DNA of 64,000 bases from Abditibacterium sp. Lineage in GTDB: Bacteria > Armatimonadota > Abditibacteriia > Abditibacteriales > Abditibacteriaceae. Both the position numbers and the translations under genes were made by a program. A model generated the notes under the pieces. That model had not been told where the DNA came from, did no database searches, and worked only from the letters and a program-made list of their open reading frames with translations. The DNA is taken from the NCBI GenBank assembly GCA_965199495.1, contig CBDASK010000003.1, positions 1,664,001 through 1,728,000 on the forward strand, written 5' to 3'. Position 1 is the stretch's first letter. Each line of letters starts with the position of its first letter. This document shows positions 1-9,546 of the stretch, piece by piece.

Positions 1-656
1 ACCACGCGCGCCGGGATGCCCGCCGCGCGACAGGCGTTGACCAACAAAATCGAAAGCCCCGAACACGACGCCAGACCGCTTGCCAAACTCATCGAAACGC
101 ACTGGTCGGGGCGTTGCCGTTCGGTCGAATATTTGACGCCGACGGCGGGAAATAATTGTTTATTGAGCGCCAGCGCCGCCGCGCCCGGAGTTTGGGCGCC
201 CGCGACGATGGGTTTGATTTTGGCTTCCAACAACGCGTCGTAATCTTCGCGCTTTTCGTTGAGGCTGGCGTAGGGCAAAACGTCGTTGAAGAAAATTTGC
301 TGCGGAATCTGAGCTTTCCACGGCGTCGCGTTAAACGTTCGGTAAACGCTCGCGACGTGATCGAGCAGAAATTTTGCGCTGAGCGTTTGCAAATCGGGCG
401 CGGGCATATTGGAGATTAAAAACTCCATGCCCGCGCGTTGCGCTGGCGGCACCTGCGCTAACGCCAAAGCGATTTGTGCGCGATTGGCGCCCGCCGTAGC
501 GAGCGCATTGTCCAGATTAATTTTGGGCGTCATGGCGGAAGTCGCGACCTTTGAATTGGCGGGCGCCGCCACGGAAACACGCGCTAAACCGGGGGCAATC
601 AGGATCAAAGCGGCCAGCGAGAATGGTAAAATTGGACGAGAGAAGGAGAGTTGCAT
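1..656 (-). CDS. Secreted transglutaminase-like domain protein (partial, runs off the window start)
   Basis: Manual minus-strand translation from ATG 656: MQLSFSRPILPFSLAALILIAPG (signal-like)...FFNDVLPYASLNEKRE...GLASCSGLSILLVNACRAAGIPARV, a transglutaminase core motif with catalytic Cys. Not in the ORF track because it has no stop in the window. Confidence 0.75.
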   Translation of the reverse strand, partial: MQLSFSRPILPFSLAALILIAPGLARVSVAAPANSKVATSAMTPKINLDNALATAGANRAQIALALAQVPPAQRAGMEFLISNMPAPDLQTLSAKFLLDHVASVYRTFNATPWKAQIPQQIFFNDVLPYASLNEKREDYDALLEAKIKPIVAGAQTPGAAALALNKQLFPAVGVKYSTERQRPDQCVSMSLASGLASCSGLSILLVNACRAAGIPARV

Positions 657-716
657 GATGTTGAGCGAAACGGATTTAATAGAGTGAAAGTATGCCCGGC
701 GCGCCCTAATGATGCA

Positions 717-790
717 GAATTTTATGCAGTTTGTGGACTAAAGTAATCCGACGGATTACAGAGAATAATGGAGTCAACTGCGTAACTCCA
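717..790. repeat. Degenerate copy of the AGGAGTTACGCAGTT-ended MITE-like element
   Basis: AACTGCGTAACTCC at 776-789 matches the right end of the 32217-32398 element. The left end is decayed (GAATTTTATGCAGTT) and there is an internal hairpin GTAATCCG-A-CGGATTAC. Confidence 0.4.
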
Positions 791-799
791 AAACTGAGT

Positions 800-2125
800 T
801 TACGCGTGGCTCTTTGAAACCTGATTTACGGGCGCGTGGATTACAGAGGGATGGCCCGATGGCTCGACCGCGAGCAACGCGTTGGCTTCGAGCGGCGCTT
901 TTTCGACGGGCGTTATTTCCTGAACCGGCTGTTTTTCGCCATCGGAGTCGCCAGTCATCAAAATCTTCAAAATCGGTGGCGCGATGATCGAAGTCAACAA
1001 ACTCATCGCGATAATCAGCGCGTAAACCTCTTTATCGAAAACGCCCTGTTGCAAACCCAACGTCGCCACGATGATACCGACTTCGCCGCGCGGCACCATG
1101 CCGACGCCGACGATAAGCGCGCTCTTTTTGCCCAAGGCGCGCGCGCCAAATCCGCCGCCGATGATTTTGCCAATCGCCGCCATAAACGTGATAAAAACCA
1201 GCGTGCCGATGGCGCCCCACGAAGCGAGTTGGCTCAACTCGATCTGCATGCCGGTGACGACGAAAAAGAACGGCGTGATGAACGCCATAATCACCTGAAT
1301 GCGCTTTTCCAGATGTTCGCGGTGCGGCGTTTCGGCCATCGCCATGCCCGCCAAAAACGAACCGATAATCGGCGCCAACCCGATTTTTGAACCCAACGCC
1401 GCGAACCCCAGACACGCCACGAGGGACAAAATGAGCGGCGAGTGCGGCGAAAGCGGCGCGTCCAAGACCGCCGACCGCTTGCGCATCAGACTGCCGCCGC
1501 CGACCGCGACGATGCCAACAAACAAGAGCGCCGCCACCAGGGAAAACACCAGGTTGCCGACCGAAACGCCGCCCGCGCGGCCCAGCGAACCGACCACGCC
1601 CAGCAACAGCATCGCCAGAATATCGTCAATGACGGCGGCGCCCAAAATCACGCGCGATTCGACGCGGCCCAAAACGCCCAACTCGCTTAAAACCCGCGCC
1701 GTTATGCCCGCGCTCGTGGCGACAAATGCCGCCGCGATAAACAAAGAGCGCGGCGTGTCGTGCCCGGAAAAGTGCGCCCACGCCGCGCCCATGATAAATG
1801 GCACCATCAAACCGATGGTGCCGACTTGAAACGCGCTCGAACCGACTTTGCGCAGGTCTCCCAGTCGCGTTTCCAGACCGACCGAAAACAACAGCAAAAC
1901 CGCGCCGACTTCGCTCAGCATCAGCAACGGCTGCGCGATTTCGTTGGTATAGCCGCCGATAACTGGCGCCACGCTGACCAATCCCAAAACCGAGGGGCCG
2001 ATGATGATGCCCGCCGAGATTTCGCCCACGACCGAGGGCAAGCGGAAACGTTGCGCGATTTCGGCGCCGATTTGCGCCGCCACGAAAGCATACAGCAGCG
2101 CGAATAAAATTCCTGTGTGATCCAT
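800..2125 (-). CDS. Cation:proton antiporter (CPA2/KefB-NapA family)
   Basis: Multi-TM protein with LPSVVGEISAGIIIGP, LLFSVGLET, ATSAGITARVL, GAAVIDDI and GMVPRGEV motifs. Start placed at MDHTG. Confidence 0.9.
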   Translation of the reverse strand: MDHTGILFALLYAFVAAQIGAEIAQRFRLPSVVGEISAGIIIGPSVLGLVSVAPVIGGYTNEIAQPLLMLSEVGAVLLLFSVGLETRLGDLRKVGSSAFQVGTIGLMVPFIMGAAWAHFSGHDTPRSLFIAAAFVATSAGITARVLSELGVLGRVESRVILGAAVIDDILAMLLLGVVGSLGRAGGVSVGNLVFSLVAALLFVGIVAVGGGSLMRKRSAVLDAPLSPHSPLILSLVACLGFAALGSKIGLAPIIGSFLAGMAMAETPHREHLEKRIQVIMAFITPFFFVVTGMQIELSQLASWGAIGTLVFITFMAAIGKIIGGGFGARALGKKSALIVGVGMVPRGEVGIIVATLGLQQGVFDKEVYALIIAMSLLTSIIAPPILKILMTGDSDGEKQPVQEITPVEKAPLEANALLAVEPSGHPSVIHAPVNQVSKSHA

Positions 2126-2340
2126 GAAAATTAACCCGGCAACGGAAAAATGCGCGGTTGGCGCGCAAGTTTGCCATATCAACAGCAATAGAGTTGTTTA
2201 TCTTTCGACACGTTGTAATGAGTTGAATAAGCCGCGAAATACTTTGGAAATAAGCGGAAATCTATCGGAAACAATTGCGCTGTTATATTCGTTGATTCGC
2301 TGCGCGCGCCCACTATTGTGGGCATCGTAAACTCTCTTTC

Positions 2341-3561
2341 GTGCTTTCCGATGCGTCACAAAACTTTGCGCGGGCGCGCGCCCAAATCGAGAAGCGCGCG
2401 AAAATAGCGCGCGTTTTGACGCGGCCCGGCGTGGGCGGCGCGGCCAAGCACGTCGCGCTTTTGATGCGCGGATTAGAATCCGATTTCGAGGCGCGCTTGT
2501 ATTGCGGGCCGCCCGCCGCGCGCGAGGGCAATTATTTCGCCCTCCACGATTTGCCGATTACTCCGCACTGGATTGGCAGTCTGCGCCGCGACGCCGCGCC
2601 CGCGCGCGATGGACGCGCATTGCGCGATTTGGTGCGCCATTTTCGCGCGTTTTCCCCGCAGATTTGCGATACGCATTTGTCCAAAGCGGGCGTGCTGGGC
2701 CGCGTGGCTGCTCGCGTGGCGGGCGTGCCGATTCGGATTCATACCTTTCACGTCAACATCTTCGAGGGCTACGATTGGCGCCCGTTCGAGCGCCCGCTTT
2801 ACCTCGGCTTGGAACGTTTCGCCGCACGCGGCAGCGACCGATTGATCTGTTTATCGGAAGAATTATGCGCGCAATTACTGGATTTAGGCATCGGCGAACG
2901 AGGGCAATTTCGCGCGATAACGTTGGGCGTTGATCTGGCGCCATTTCAGGCCAATCAAGCGCAAATCGCTCAAGCGCGCGCCCAAATTCGCGCCGAACTC
3001 CAGCTCGCGCCCGACGCGCCAATCGTCGGCGTCGTCGCGCGGTTGGCACCGGTCAAAAGCATCAAAACCGCGCTCGAATGCGCGGCATTCATTGGCAAAA
3101 CGCGTCCCGATGTGCATTTCGCTTTCGTCGGCGAAGGCCCGTCATACGCGCGTTTGCAAGCGCAAGCGGCGCAATTGGGCGTGACGGATCGCGTTCATTT
3201 TCTGGGACTTCGCCGCGACATCGCGCGCCTCAACTGGAGTTTCGATTGCGTGTTACTGACTTCGCTGCAAGAGGGCACGCCGATTTCGATTATCGAAAGT
3301 CTGGCGGCTTCGCGTCCCGTCGTTGCGACTGATGTCGGCGGCGTCAAACGTTTGGTCGAACATGAAAAAACCGGATTGCTCATTCCGCCGCGAGACAGCC
3401 ACGCCGCCGCGCACGCCGTTTTGCGCGTTTTGAACGAACCGCAAATCGCCGCAGTCTGGAGCCAAAACGGGCGCGAAAGGGTGCAGCGCGAGTGGAGTTT
3501 GGAACACATGTTGGCGCAACATCGCGCTTTATATCGCGAAGTTTTGGAGGAGAAGGGTTAG
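2341..3561 (+). CDS. Glycosyltransferase family 4
   Basis: GGAAKH N-terminal motif, THLSKAGVLGR, VARLAPVK, EGTPISIIESLA (E-X7-E), VVATDVGG. Confidence 0.9.
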   Translation: MLSDASQNFARARAQIEKRAKIARVLTRPGVGGAAKHVALLMRGLESDFEARLYCGPPAAREGNYFALHDLPITPHWIGSLRRDAAPARDGRALRDLVRHFRAFSPQICDTHLSKAGVLGRVAARVAGVPIRIHTFHVNIFEGYDWRPFERPLYLGLERFAARGSDRLICLSEELCAQLLDLGIGERGQFRAITLGVDLAPFQANQAQIAQARAQIRAELQLAPDAPIVGVVARLAPVKSIKTALECAAFIGKTRPDVHFAFVGEGPSYARLQAQAAQLGVTDRVHFLGLRRDIARLNWSFDCVLLTSLQEGTPISIIESLAASRPVVATDVGGVKRLVEHEKTGLLIPPRDSHAAAHAVLRVLNEPQIAAVWSQNGRERVQREWSLEHMLAQHRALYREVLEEKG

Positions 3562-3622
3562 TTTTTGCGGATTAAGGCAGTTGCATTTGTAGGGTCAAAA
3601 CAAGTTTTGACCGCATCACACA

Positions 3623-4912
3623 ATGGCGACAACGCACGAGAAAACAACTTCCATGACAATCATCTTTTGCGCCGACCAATTACAACTCAACGCGCCCGAC
3701 CGCGCTTACGATGCCGAAGTCGAAGCCGCGCAAGCCGCCGGTTTAAATTATGAAATCGTCAATTTCGAGCGACTAACGCGCGACGAAAACGCCGAATTAG
3801 CGACGCGGCGCGTGCGGTCGCGCGAAACGCCCGAACTCGCGATTTATCGCGGTTGGATGTTGCGGCCTCAACATTACGCGGCGCTTTATGACGCGTTGCA
3901 AGCGCGCAATTTATTGTTGATTAACGCGTCCGACGCTTACCAGCATTGTCACTTTTTGCCGGAATCTTACGAAGAAATTAAAGAACATACGCCGCGCTCG
4001 ATTTGGTTGCCGTTATCCGATTGTTTGGACTCGGCGAAAATATCAGCGGCACTACAAACCTTTGGCGACAAACCGGTAATCGTCAAAGATTACGTCAATT
4101 CGCGCAAACACGAATGGGACGAAGCGTGCTTTATTCTCGACGCCTCGGACGGCGTGGCTGCATCGCGCGTCGTGACGCGATTTCTGGAGTTGCAGGGCAA
4201 CGATTTGAGCGGCGGCTTGGTATTTCGCGAGTTCGTCGCACTGAAAACCATCGGCGCGCACGCGCAAAGCGCGATGCCTTTGGCACGCGAGTTTCGATTA
4301 TTTTTCTTGAATGGCCGTCTGCTCCATCAGTCGAATTACTGGACGCAGGGCGATTATCGGGGCGATGCGCCGCCGCTCGCCATGTTTAGGAAAATCGCCC
4401 AAAATGTGCGCAGCCGATTTTTCACGATGGATGTCGCGCAACGAACCAACGGCGATTGGGTTATCGTCGAGCTGGGCGATGGCCAAGTCGCCGGTTTGCC
4501 GGACAAAAGCGAGGCGCCGGAGTTTTATCGTCAGCTCGCGGCGATGCCCAAATTTTATCTTTATTCCAATGGAGAACCGATGGGTTGGTCATCGCTCGAA
4601 ACTGCCGATCCGCCGATGGGATGCGTAACGGGCGTTTTTTATCCGAACCAGAATTACGCGCGCATCCGAGAGATTATTTTCAGAGGTCAGCGCGAATTGG
4701 GGCTTGATGCGACGGAAGCGAGCCGAAAAGCGAAATGGGAAGAGCTTTCCGTGTTAAACCTCACAGTTCGCGCGGAAGATGGCGCCGAATTTCAGCCCCT
4801 CGGCGGCATTTCAGTGGAAGACTACGCGGATGAATTGGAAGATAAAACCGCGCGGGAATTGAACGTTTTTGGTTTGTCGTCCGAAATTTTTCAACGTTAT
4901 TTTGGCAAATAA
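3623..4912 (+). CDS. ATP-grasp protein (R2K/DUF4343-like) with an extra ~120-aa C-terminal domain
   Basis: IYRGWML, IVKDYVNSRKH, EFRLFFLNG and FFTMDVA...WVIVELGDGQVAGL are ATP-grasp motifs. Start may be 3653. Confidence 0.75.
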   Translation: MATTHEKTTSMTIIFCADQLQLNAPDRAYDAEVEAAQAAGLNYEIVNFERLTRDENAELATRRVRSRETPELAIYRGWMLRPQHYAALYDALQARNLLLINASDAYQHCHFLPESYEEIKEHTPRSIWLPLSDCLDSAKISAALQTFGDKPVIVKDYVNSRKHEWDEACFILDASDGVAASRVVTRFLELQGNDLSGGLVFREFVALKTIGAHAQSAMPLAREFRLFFLNGRLLHQSNYWTQGDYRGDAPPLAMFRKIAQNVRSRFFTMDVAQRTNGDWVIVELGDGQVAGLPDKSEAPEFYRQLAAMPKFYLYSNGEPMGWSSLETADPPMGCVTGVFYPNQNYARIREIIFRGQRELGLDATEASRKAKWEELSVLNLTVRAEDGAEFQPLGGISVEDYADELEDKTARELNVFGLSSEIFQRYFGK

Positions 4913-4985
4913 TCGGCGAATTCGCTCTGAACGCAAGATTTCGATGGAAGCGGCGCGAGTTTCATTCTAAGCTCAAAGTCAGACT

Positions 4986-6062
4986 ATGAAAATTCCATTC
5001 GATTCCCCCACTTTCGCCGACGATTCCGCGCGCTGGCAAGCCGTGTTGGCGCGCGACGAACGCGCCGATGGCGCCTTTGTTTATGGCGTGGGTTCGACGC
5101 ATATTTATTGTCGCGCGTCGTGTCCGTCGCGGCGGCCACGGCGCGAGAACGCGCGCTTTTTCGAGACGCCCGAAAATGCAGAACAGGCTGGGTTTCGCGC
5201 GTGCAAACGCTGTCGGCCCGCGAATTTTGCCAACGATCAAATCGCGCGCGCGCGCCGGGCGTGCCGCATCATCGAAGCCAACGAAGGCGCGGCGATTTCG
5301 CTCGAAGAATTGGGAAAACGCGTGGGCACCAGCCCGTTTCATCTGCAACGCAGTTTCAAGCGCGCCATCGGCGTTTCGCCGCGCGAATACGCGCAGTCGC
5401 TGCGGCTGGGGCAACTCAAAGCGGCGTTGCAGCGCGGCGAAACAGTTTTAAACGCTGCGCTGGATGCGGGTTACAATTCAACGGGCAGTTTCTATCAAAA
5501 CGCGACGGCGCAACTGGGCATGACGCCCGCGACTTATGGGCGCGGCGGCAAAAACGCGCGCATCTGGTTTGGCATCGCGACGTGCAAATTGGATTTGATT
5601 TTGGTCGCGAAAACCGCAACTGGCGTTTGCTCGGTCGCGCTTGGCGATGATGAAAGCGCGCTCGAAACGGCGTTGCGCGCCGAATTTTTCGCTGCCACAA
5701 TCGAGCGCGATGACGCGCGATTAAACGAATATCTAAAAGCGGTAATCCAACTTTGTAAAGGTCAGCAACCGCATCAAGCGTTGCCACTCGATGTGCGCGC
5801 GACGGCGTTTCAATGGCGCGTCTGGCGCGAGTTGCGCGCGATTCCTCTCGGCCAAACGCGCACTTACGCCCAGGTCGCGCAATCGTTGGAAATGCCCACG
5901 GCCTCGCGCGCCGTCGCGCGCGCGTGCGCGACTAATTCGGTCGCGTTGGTTGTGCCGTGTCATCGCGTCGTGCGCAGCGACGGCAATTTGGCCGGTTATC
6001 GCTGGGGCATCGAACGCAAAGCGCGCTTATTGGAATTGGAGAAGATGAAGGAAGTTCTTTAA
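4986..6062 (+). CDS. ada: Bifunctional transcriptional activator / O6-methylguanine-DNA methyltransferase Ada
   Basis: Zn-binding YCRASCPSR...FRACKRC, AraC HTH, PCHRV active site. Confidence 0.95.
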   Translation: MKIPFDSPTFADDSARWQAVLARDERADGAFVYGVGSTHIYCRASCPSRRPRRENARFFETPENAEQAGFRACKRCRPANFANDQIARARRACRIIEANEGAAISLEELGKRVGTSPFHLQRSFKRAIGVSPREYAQSLRLGQLKAALQRGETVLNAALDAGYNSTGSFYQNATAQLGMTPATYGRGGKNARIWFGIATCKLDLILVAKTATGVCSVALGDDESALETALRAEFFAATIERDDARLNEYLKAVIQLCKGQQPHQALPLDVRATAFQWRVWRELRAIPLGQTRTYAQVAQSLEMPTASRAVARACATNSVALVVPCHRVVRSDGNLAGYRWGIERKARLLELEKMKEVL

Positions 6063-6181
6063 TCACAAAGGGCACAAATGGCACAAAAAATTCAAAAATA
6101 AAATATCGAACTTGCTTCATCAAAGCAGTGTTGCTCAAACCTTTTGTGCCCTTTGTGCCCTTTGTGATTTTTGTGGTTAAA
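6058..6181. repeat. Palindromic element family A (9-bp CACAAAnnn tandem arms), copy 1
   Basis: AATCACAAAGGGCACAAATGGCACAAAA ... TTTTGTGCCCTTTGTGCCCTTTGTGATT between convergent genes. The loop is homologous, in reverse orientation, to the copies at 32110 and 62759. Confidence 0.8.
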
Positions 6182-6199
6182 ATCCCCTACCCGATTGCT

Positions 6200-6535
6200 T
6201 CAAATTTGCGGACGCAATGTCGCGCGTTCCAGCGATTCGATTTCGCGTTTGACCGAGGCGTCGAAGAAGAACGGGCCGAGCGGCACAACCGAACTGACGA
6301 CGCCCAAAAAGATGCGCGTCCATTTCCAACGTGAAAGCACGCCGTTGAGAAAAACGAGGCCGACGTAAAGCAGAAAAAGTCCGCCGTGAATCGGGCCAAC
6401 GAGGCGCACGACTTCGGGTTGGTGCGCCAGATATTTGAGTGGCATTCCGACCAAAAGCAACACCAAAAACGAGGTGCCTTCAGCCAAGCCAAACGCATAA
6501 AGCGCGCGCAGAGCGGTTAATCGCGGAGTTTTCAT
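6200..6535 (-). CDS. DUF3817-like small membrane protein
   Basis: AEGTSFLVLLLVGMPLKY...GPIHGGLFLLYV...SVVPLGPF pattern. Confidence 0.8.
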   Translation of the reverse strand: MKTPRLTALRALYAFGLAEGTSFLVLLLVGMPLKYLAHQPEVVRLVGPIHGGLFLLYVGLVFLNGVLSRWKWTRIFLGVVSSVVPLGPFFFDASVKREIESLERATLRPQI

Positions 6536-6549
6536 GGGTATAATTGCAG

Positions 6550-6569
6550 CAGCCACGGCGCCGTGGCTG
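6550..6569. repeat. Perfect 20-bp palindrome made of two inverted CAGCCACG octamers
   Basis: CAGCCACGGCGCCGTGGCTG between divergent genes. Confidence 0.85.
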
Positions 6570-6651
6570 TTAGCAAGACGCCGGTATAAAATTTGGTTTA
6601 CTCGCGTCTGCTAATGAGCGCAAAACGCCAAAGCGTTAGGCGCGCTTCGCT

Positions 6652-7530
6652 ATGAATACTCACAAAATCTGGCTCGATACCGACATCGGCTCCGACATTG
6701 ACGACGCCCTCGCGCTCGCCTTTTTGCTCAACCGGCCTGACTGCGAACTGCTCGGCATTTCGACCGTTACCGAAATCGAAAATCAACGCGCGAAATTGGC
6801 GTCGGTTTTGTGTCGCATCGCCGATAAAGACGTGCCGATTTATCCGGGCACGCAGCATTCTCTCCTCGTCGAGGCGCCGCAAAAAACGGTGCCACAAGCC
6901 GTCGCTTTGCCGCAATTCACGCATGAAACGCGGTTTGCCGCGCCCGCTTTCGCCGCCATCGCCGCGATGCGCGCGGCGATTTACGCGCATCCCGGCGAAG
7001 TGATGTTGCTGGGCATCGGGCCGATGACGAACCTCGCGCTTTTATTCGCGATTGACCCGCAAATTCCGCGTCTGCTCAAACAATTGGTTTTGATGTGTGG
7101 GCACTTTATGGCGGGCGATAAACACTGCGAATGGAACGCTTTGAACGACCCGCATGCGACTGCGATGGTTTACGCGGCGCCGGTCGCGCGACACGTTTCG
7201 ATTGGATTGGATGTCACATTACAAGTGACGATGAAGCGCGCCGAATTCGAGGAGAAATTGCGCCAATCTCGCTATGGCGCGCCGATTCTCGCGATGGGCG
7301 GCGCGTGGTTTGAACAAAAAGACGAAGTGACTTTTCACGACCCGTTGGCCGCCGCCACGATTTTTGAGCCTGAAATTTGCGAGTATCAACGCGGACAAGT
7401 CGCCATCGAAAGCGCCGATGCGCAAAGTTTCGGCTTTACTGATTGGAAAGCGGGCGCTTCTCAGCCGCATCAAATTGCGACATCGGTTGACGCTGCGCAG
7501 TTTTTCCAACTCTACTTTGCGACCATTTAA
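6652..7530 (+). CDS. Nucleoside hydrolase (IU-NH family)
   Basis: LDTDIGSDIDDALAL, GIGPMTNLA, EWNALNDP, HDPLA. Confidence 0.92.
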   Translation: MNTHKIWLDTDIGSDIDDALALAFLLNRPDCELLGISTVTEIENQRAKLASVLCRIADKDVPIYPGTQHSLLVEAPQKTVPQAVALPQFTHETRFAAPAFAAIAAMRAAIYAHPGEVMLLGIGPMTNLALLFAIDPQIPRLLKQLVLMCGHFMAGDKHCEWNALNDPHATAMVYAAPVARHVSIGLDVTLQVTMKRAEFEEKLRQSRYGAPILAMGGAWFEQKDEVTFHDPLAAATIFEPEICEYQRGQVAIESADAQSFGFTDWKAGASQPHQIATSVDAAQFFQLYFATI

Positions 7531-7537
7531 TTTCACT

Positions 7538-8629
7538 ATGAACACACCCGTTTCCCCGCCCATTCCTTCGGGATTTGCCGCCGTTTTTCTCGATTTTGAA
7601 AATGTTTATTATTTCTTAAAAAACACTTTTTTCGATCCGCCAGAACTCAACGATCATATTTTGGAATTATTGCGCAATCTACGTCAGAAATTAAGCGCCG
7701 ATTATAGTTTAGATAGCATTGTATTAAACGCCTACGCCGATTTTGAACGCTTGGATTCGTCGCCGCAAAGCGCGCTTTATTTGTTGGGCGTGGATACCAA
7801 AAACGTGTTGGGCACCGATCACAAAAACGCCGCCGATATGCGGCTGTGCATTGACGTTTTGGAAGTGCTTTACACGCGCGCCGAAATTTCGACGTTTGTT
7901 TTGGTGGCGGGCGACCGTGATTATATTCCGGTCATCCAACATTTGCGGCGCCAAGCGCGGCGCGTTCTGGGCGTCGGTTTTCGCGAAAGCGTTTCGGGCG
8001 ATTTGTTGCAAAATCTGGGCGAAAATCAATTTTTGGATGCGCGCGAATTGCTCAATCCCGCCACGCTCGAACGCTTGGAAACGCGGCGCCAAGAGCAGCA
8101 AAAATTGCACGACGAACGCGAAAAACGTTTCGCTGACCAAGCCCGCGAAATCGGCGAACGCGTGCGCAATGCGCAAAATCAAGCGGCGCCCGTGGCTGAT
8201 AAAAACAGCGTCAAACCCGTCGCGACAAATCAGCAAAGTTCGGGAGTAAATAAAGTTCAGAACGATTCGTGGTCGGGAGGCTATGAAGAGAAAGCCCTGC
8301 GCGCCGCGCCTCTGCCCGCGCTTCCGCCGCAGTTCGCCGAAGTCTCGCGCATTCACGACAAAAACGCGTTGGATTGCCTTAATATTATTTTGCAGCGCAT
8401 TCATCAGCTCGAACAAAACTATGGCACACGCGAATTGTGGCTCGGCCCGTTTTTGCGCCAACTCACCGACGAAATGCCGATGTTGGCCGAATTCGAGCGC
8501 CGCAATGCGCTCGACGATCTGGCGCGCGCCGGAGCGACTTTGGTCGAAAAACGCGAGGGCGATCCGCATCCATTTTCGGTTTTGCTGGTGAATTATCAGC
8601 ATCCCGACGTGTGGGAGTTGAACCCGTGA
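7538..8629 (+). CDS. NYN (LabA/DUF88, PIN-like) domain protein with C-terminal extension
   Basis: VFLDFENV, KNAADMRLCID and LVAGDRDYIPVIQHLR acidic motifs. Start ATG 7538 avoids overlap with the upstream gene. Confidence 0.85.
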   Translation: MNTPVSPPIPSGFAAVFLDFENVYYFLKNTFFDPPELNDHILELLRNLRQKLSADYSLDSIVLNAYADFERLDSSPQSALYLLGVDTKNVLGTDHKNAADMRLCIDVLEVLYTRAEISTFVLVAGDRDYIPVIQHLRRQARRVLGVGFRESVSGDLLQNLGENQFLDARELLNPATLERLETRRQEQQKLHDEREKRFADQAREIGERVRNAQNQAAPVADKNSVKPVATNQQSSGVNKVQNDSWSGGYEEKALRAAPLPALPPQFAEVSRIHDKNALDCLNIILQRIHQLEQNYGTRELWLGPFLRQLTDEMPMLAEFERRNALDDLARAGATLVEKREGDPHPFSVLLVNYQHPDVWELNP

Positions 8630-8646
8630 ACGAACAGCGTCGCGGC

Positions 8647-9252
8647 TCAGAAACTTCCGCGACGCTGTTCGATTTCCATCGCGTTAATGCTGCCTTCGTG
8701 CAGAATAAAACAAAATCGAACGCGATTGGTTTGCGCTTCTCGCAACCGGTCGCGCATCTTTTGCAAATCTTTCACAACGGCGCTCGCTTCTTCCAGCGCA
8801 GTGAGATTGGCGCGCAAATAGTGAATTAAGGCAGTTGCGATTTCCAAACCTGCTTCTGGTGCGTGCCAAGTCATCGCTTTCCCACTTTGCTCGTCGGTGA
8901 AGCCGAACGAAGTGAACGCCTCGATTCCCAATTGTTCGCAGAGTTGATCGAGGCCAACGCAATTGCGCGAGAGCGGCGCGCTCCAAACCCAACTGCCGGG
9001 CACTTTCGCTTCAAAATAGAGGACGAGTTTAGGTTTGGATATGACGGAAATGCAGAACACCAGCAGCAAATAGAGAAAGAACCCGCCAACCCACGAGGCC
9101 AAACCAATCGGCGCATTGGAATAGATAACGTTGTAAGACAACCAGAAAAAGACGACGCCAACGACGAAAAAGAACGGCAGAAAGCGAGCGATTCCTCGTT
9201 TTAAACCTTGCCAGTAGGCTTGCGGATAACCGCTGTATTTGCCTTTTCGCAT
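8647..9252 (-). CDS. Hypothetical membrane protein (2 TM plus soluble domain)
   Basis: 201-aa ORF with two N-terminal hydrophobic segments; TAAAAT 8 nt before the ATG. Confidence 0.65.
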   Translation of the reverse strand: MRKGKYSGYPQAYWQGLKRGIARFLPFFFVVGVVFFWLSYNVIYSNAPIGLASWVGGFFLYLLLVFCISVISKPKLVLYFEAKVPGSWVWSAPLSRNCVGLDQLCEQLGIEAFTSFGFTDEQSGKAMTWHAPEAGLEIATALIHYLRANLTALEEASAVVKDLQKMRDRLREAQTNRVRFCFILHEGSINAMEIEQRRGSF

Positions 9253-9293
9253 AACTACTAATTTTAGTAGGTTTTAGTAATTGTTAGTAGTTA

Positions 9294-9522
9294 ACCCCGT
9301 GTGCAAGTTGTTTTTAGCTCCTCGCCTTGTCATTCTGAGCGCGGGCGCCCTCTGGGCAGCAGGAACGAACGCAGTCGAAGAATCCATAATGTTGAACTCG
9401 CGACGAACGTCAAACTCCGTTACAACCTGTGGATTCTTCGACTGCGTTCGTTCCTGCTGCCCAGAGGGCGCCCGCGCTCAGAATGACAAGGCGAGGAGCT
9501 AAAAACAACTTGCACACGGGGT
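9294..9522. mobile_element. MITE-like palindromic element carrying a GTCATTCTGAGCG...GAAGAATCC REP-like doublet, with 6-bp TSD TAGTTA
   Basis: Perfect 95-bp inverted arms 9292-9386 and 9430-9524 with a 43-nt loop; TAGTTA at 9288-9293 and 9523-9528. Confidence 0.8.
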
Positions 9523-9546
9523 TAGTTAGCCGCGCCGATTAAATTT

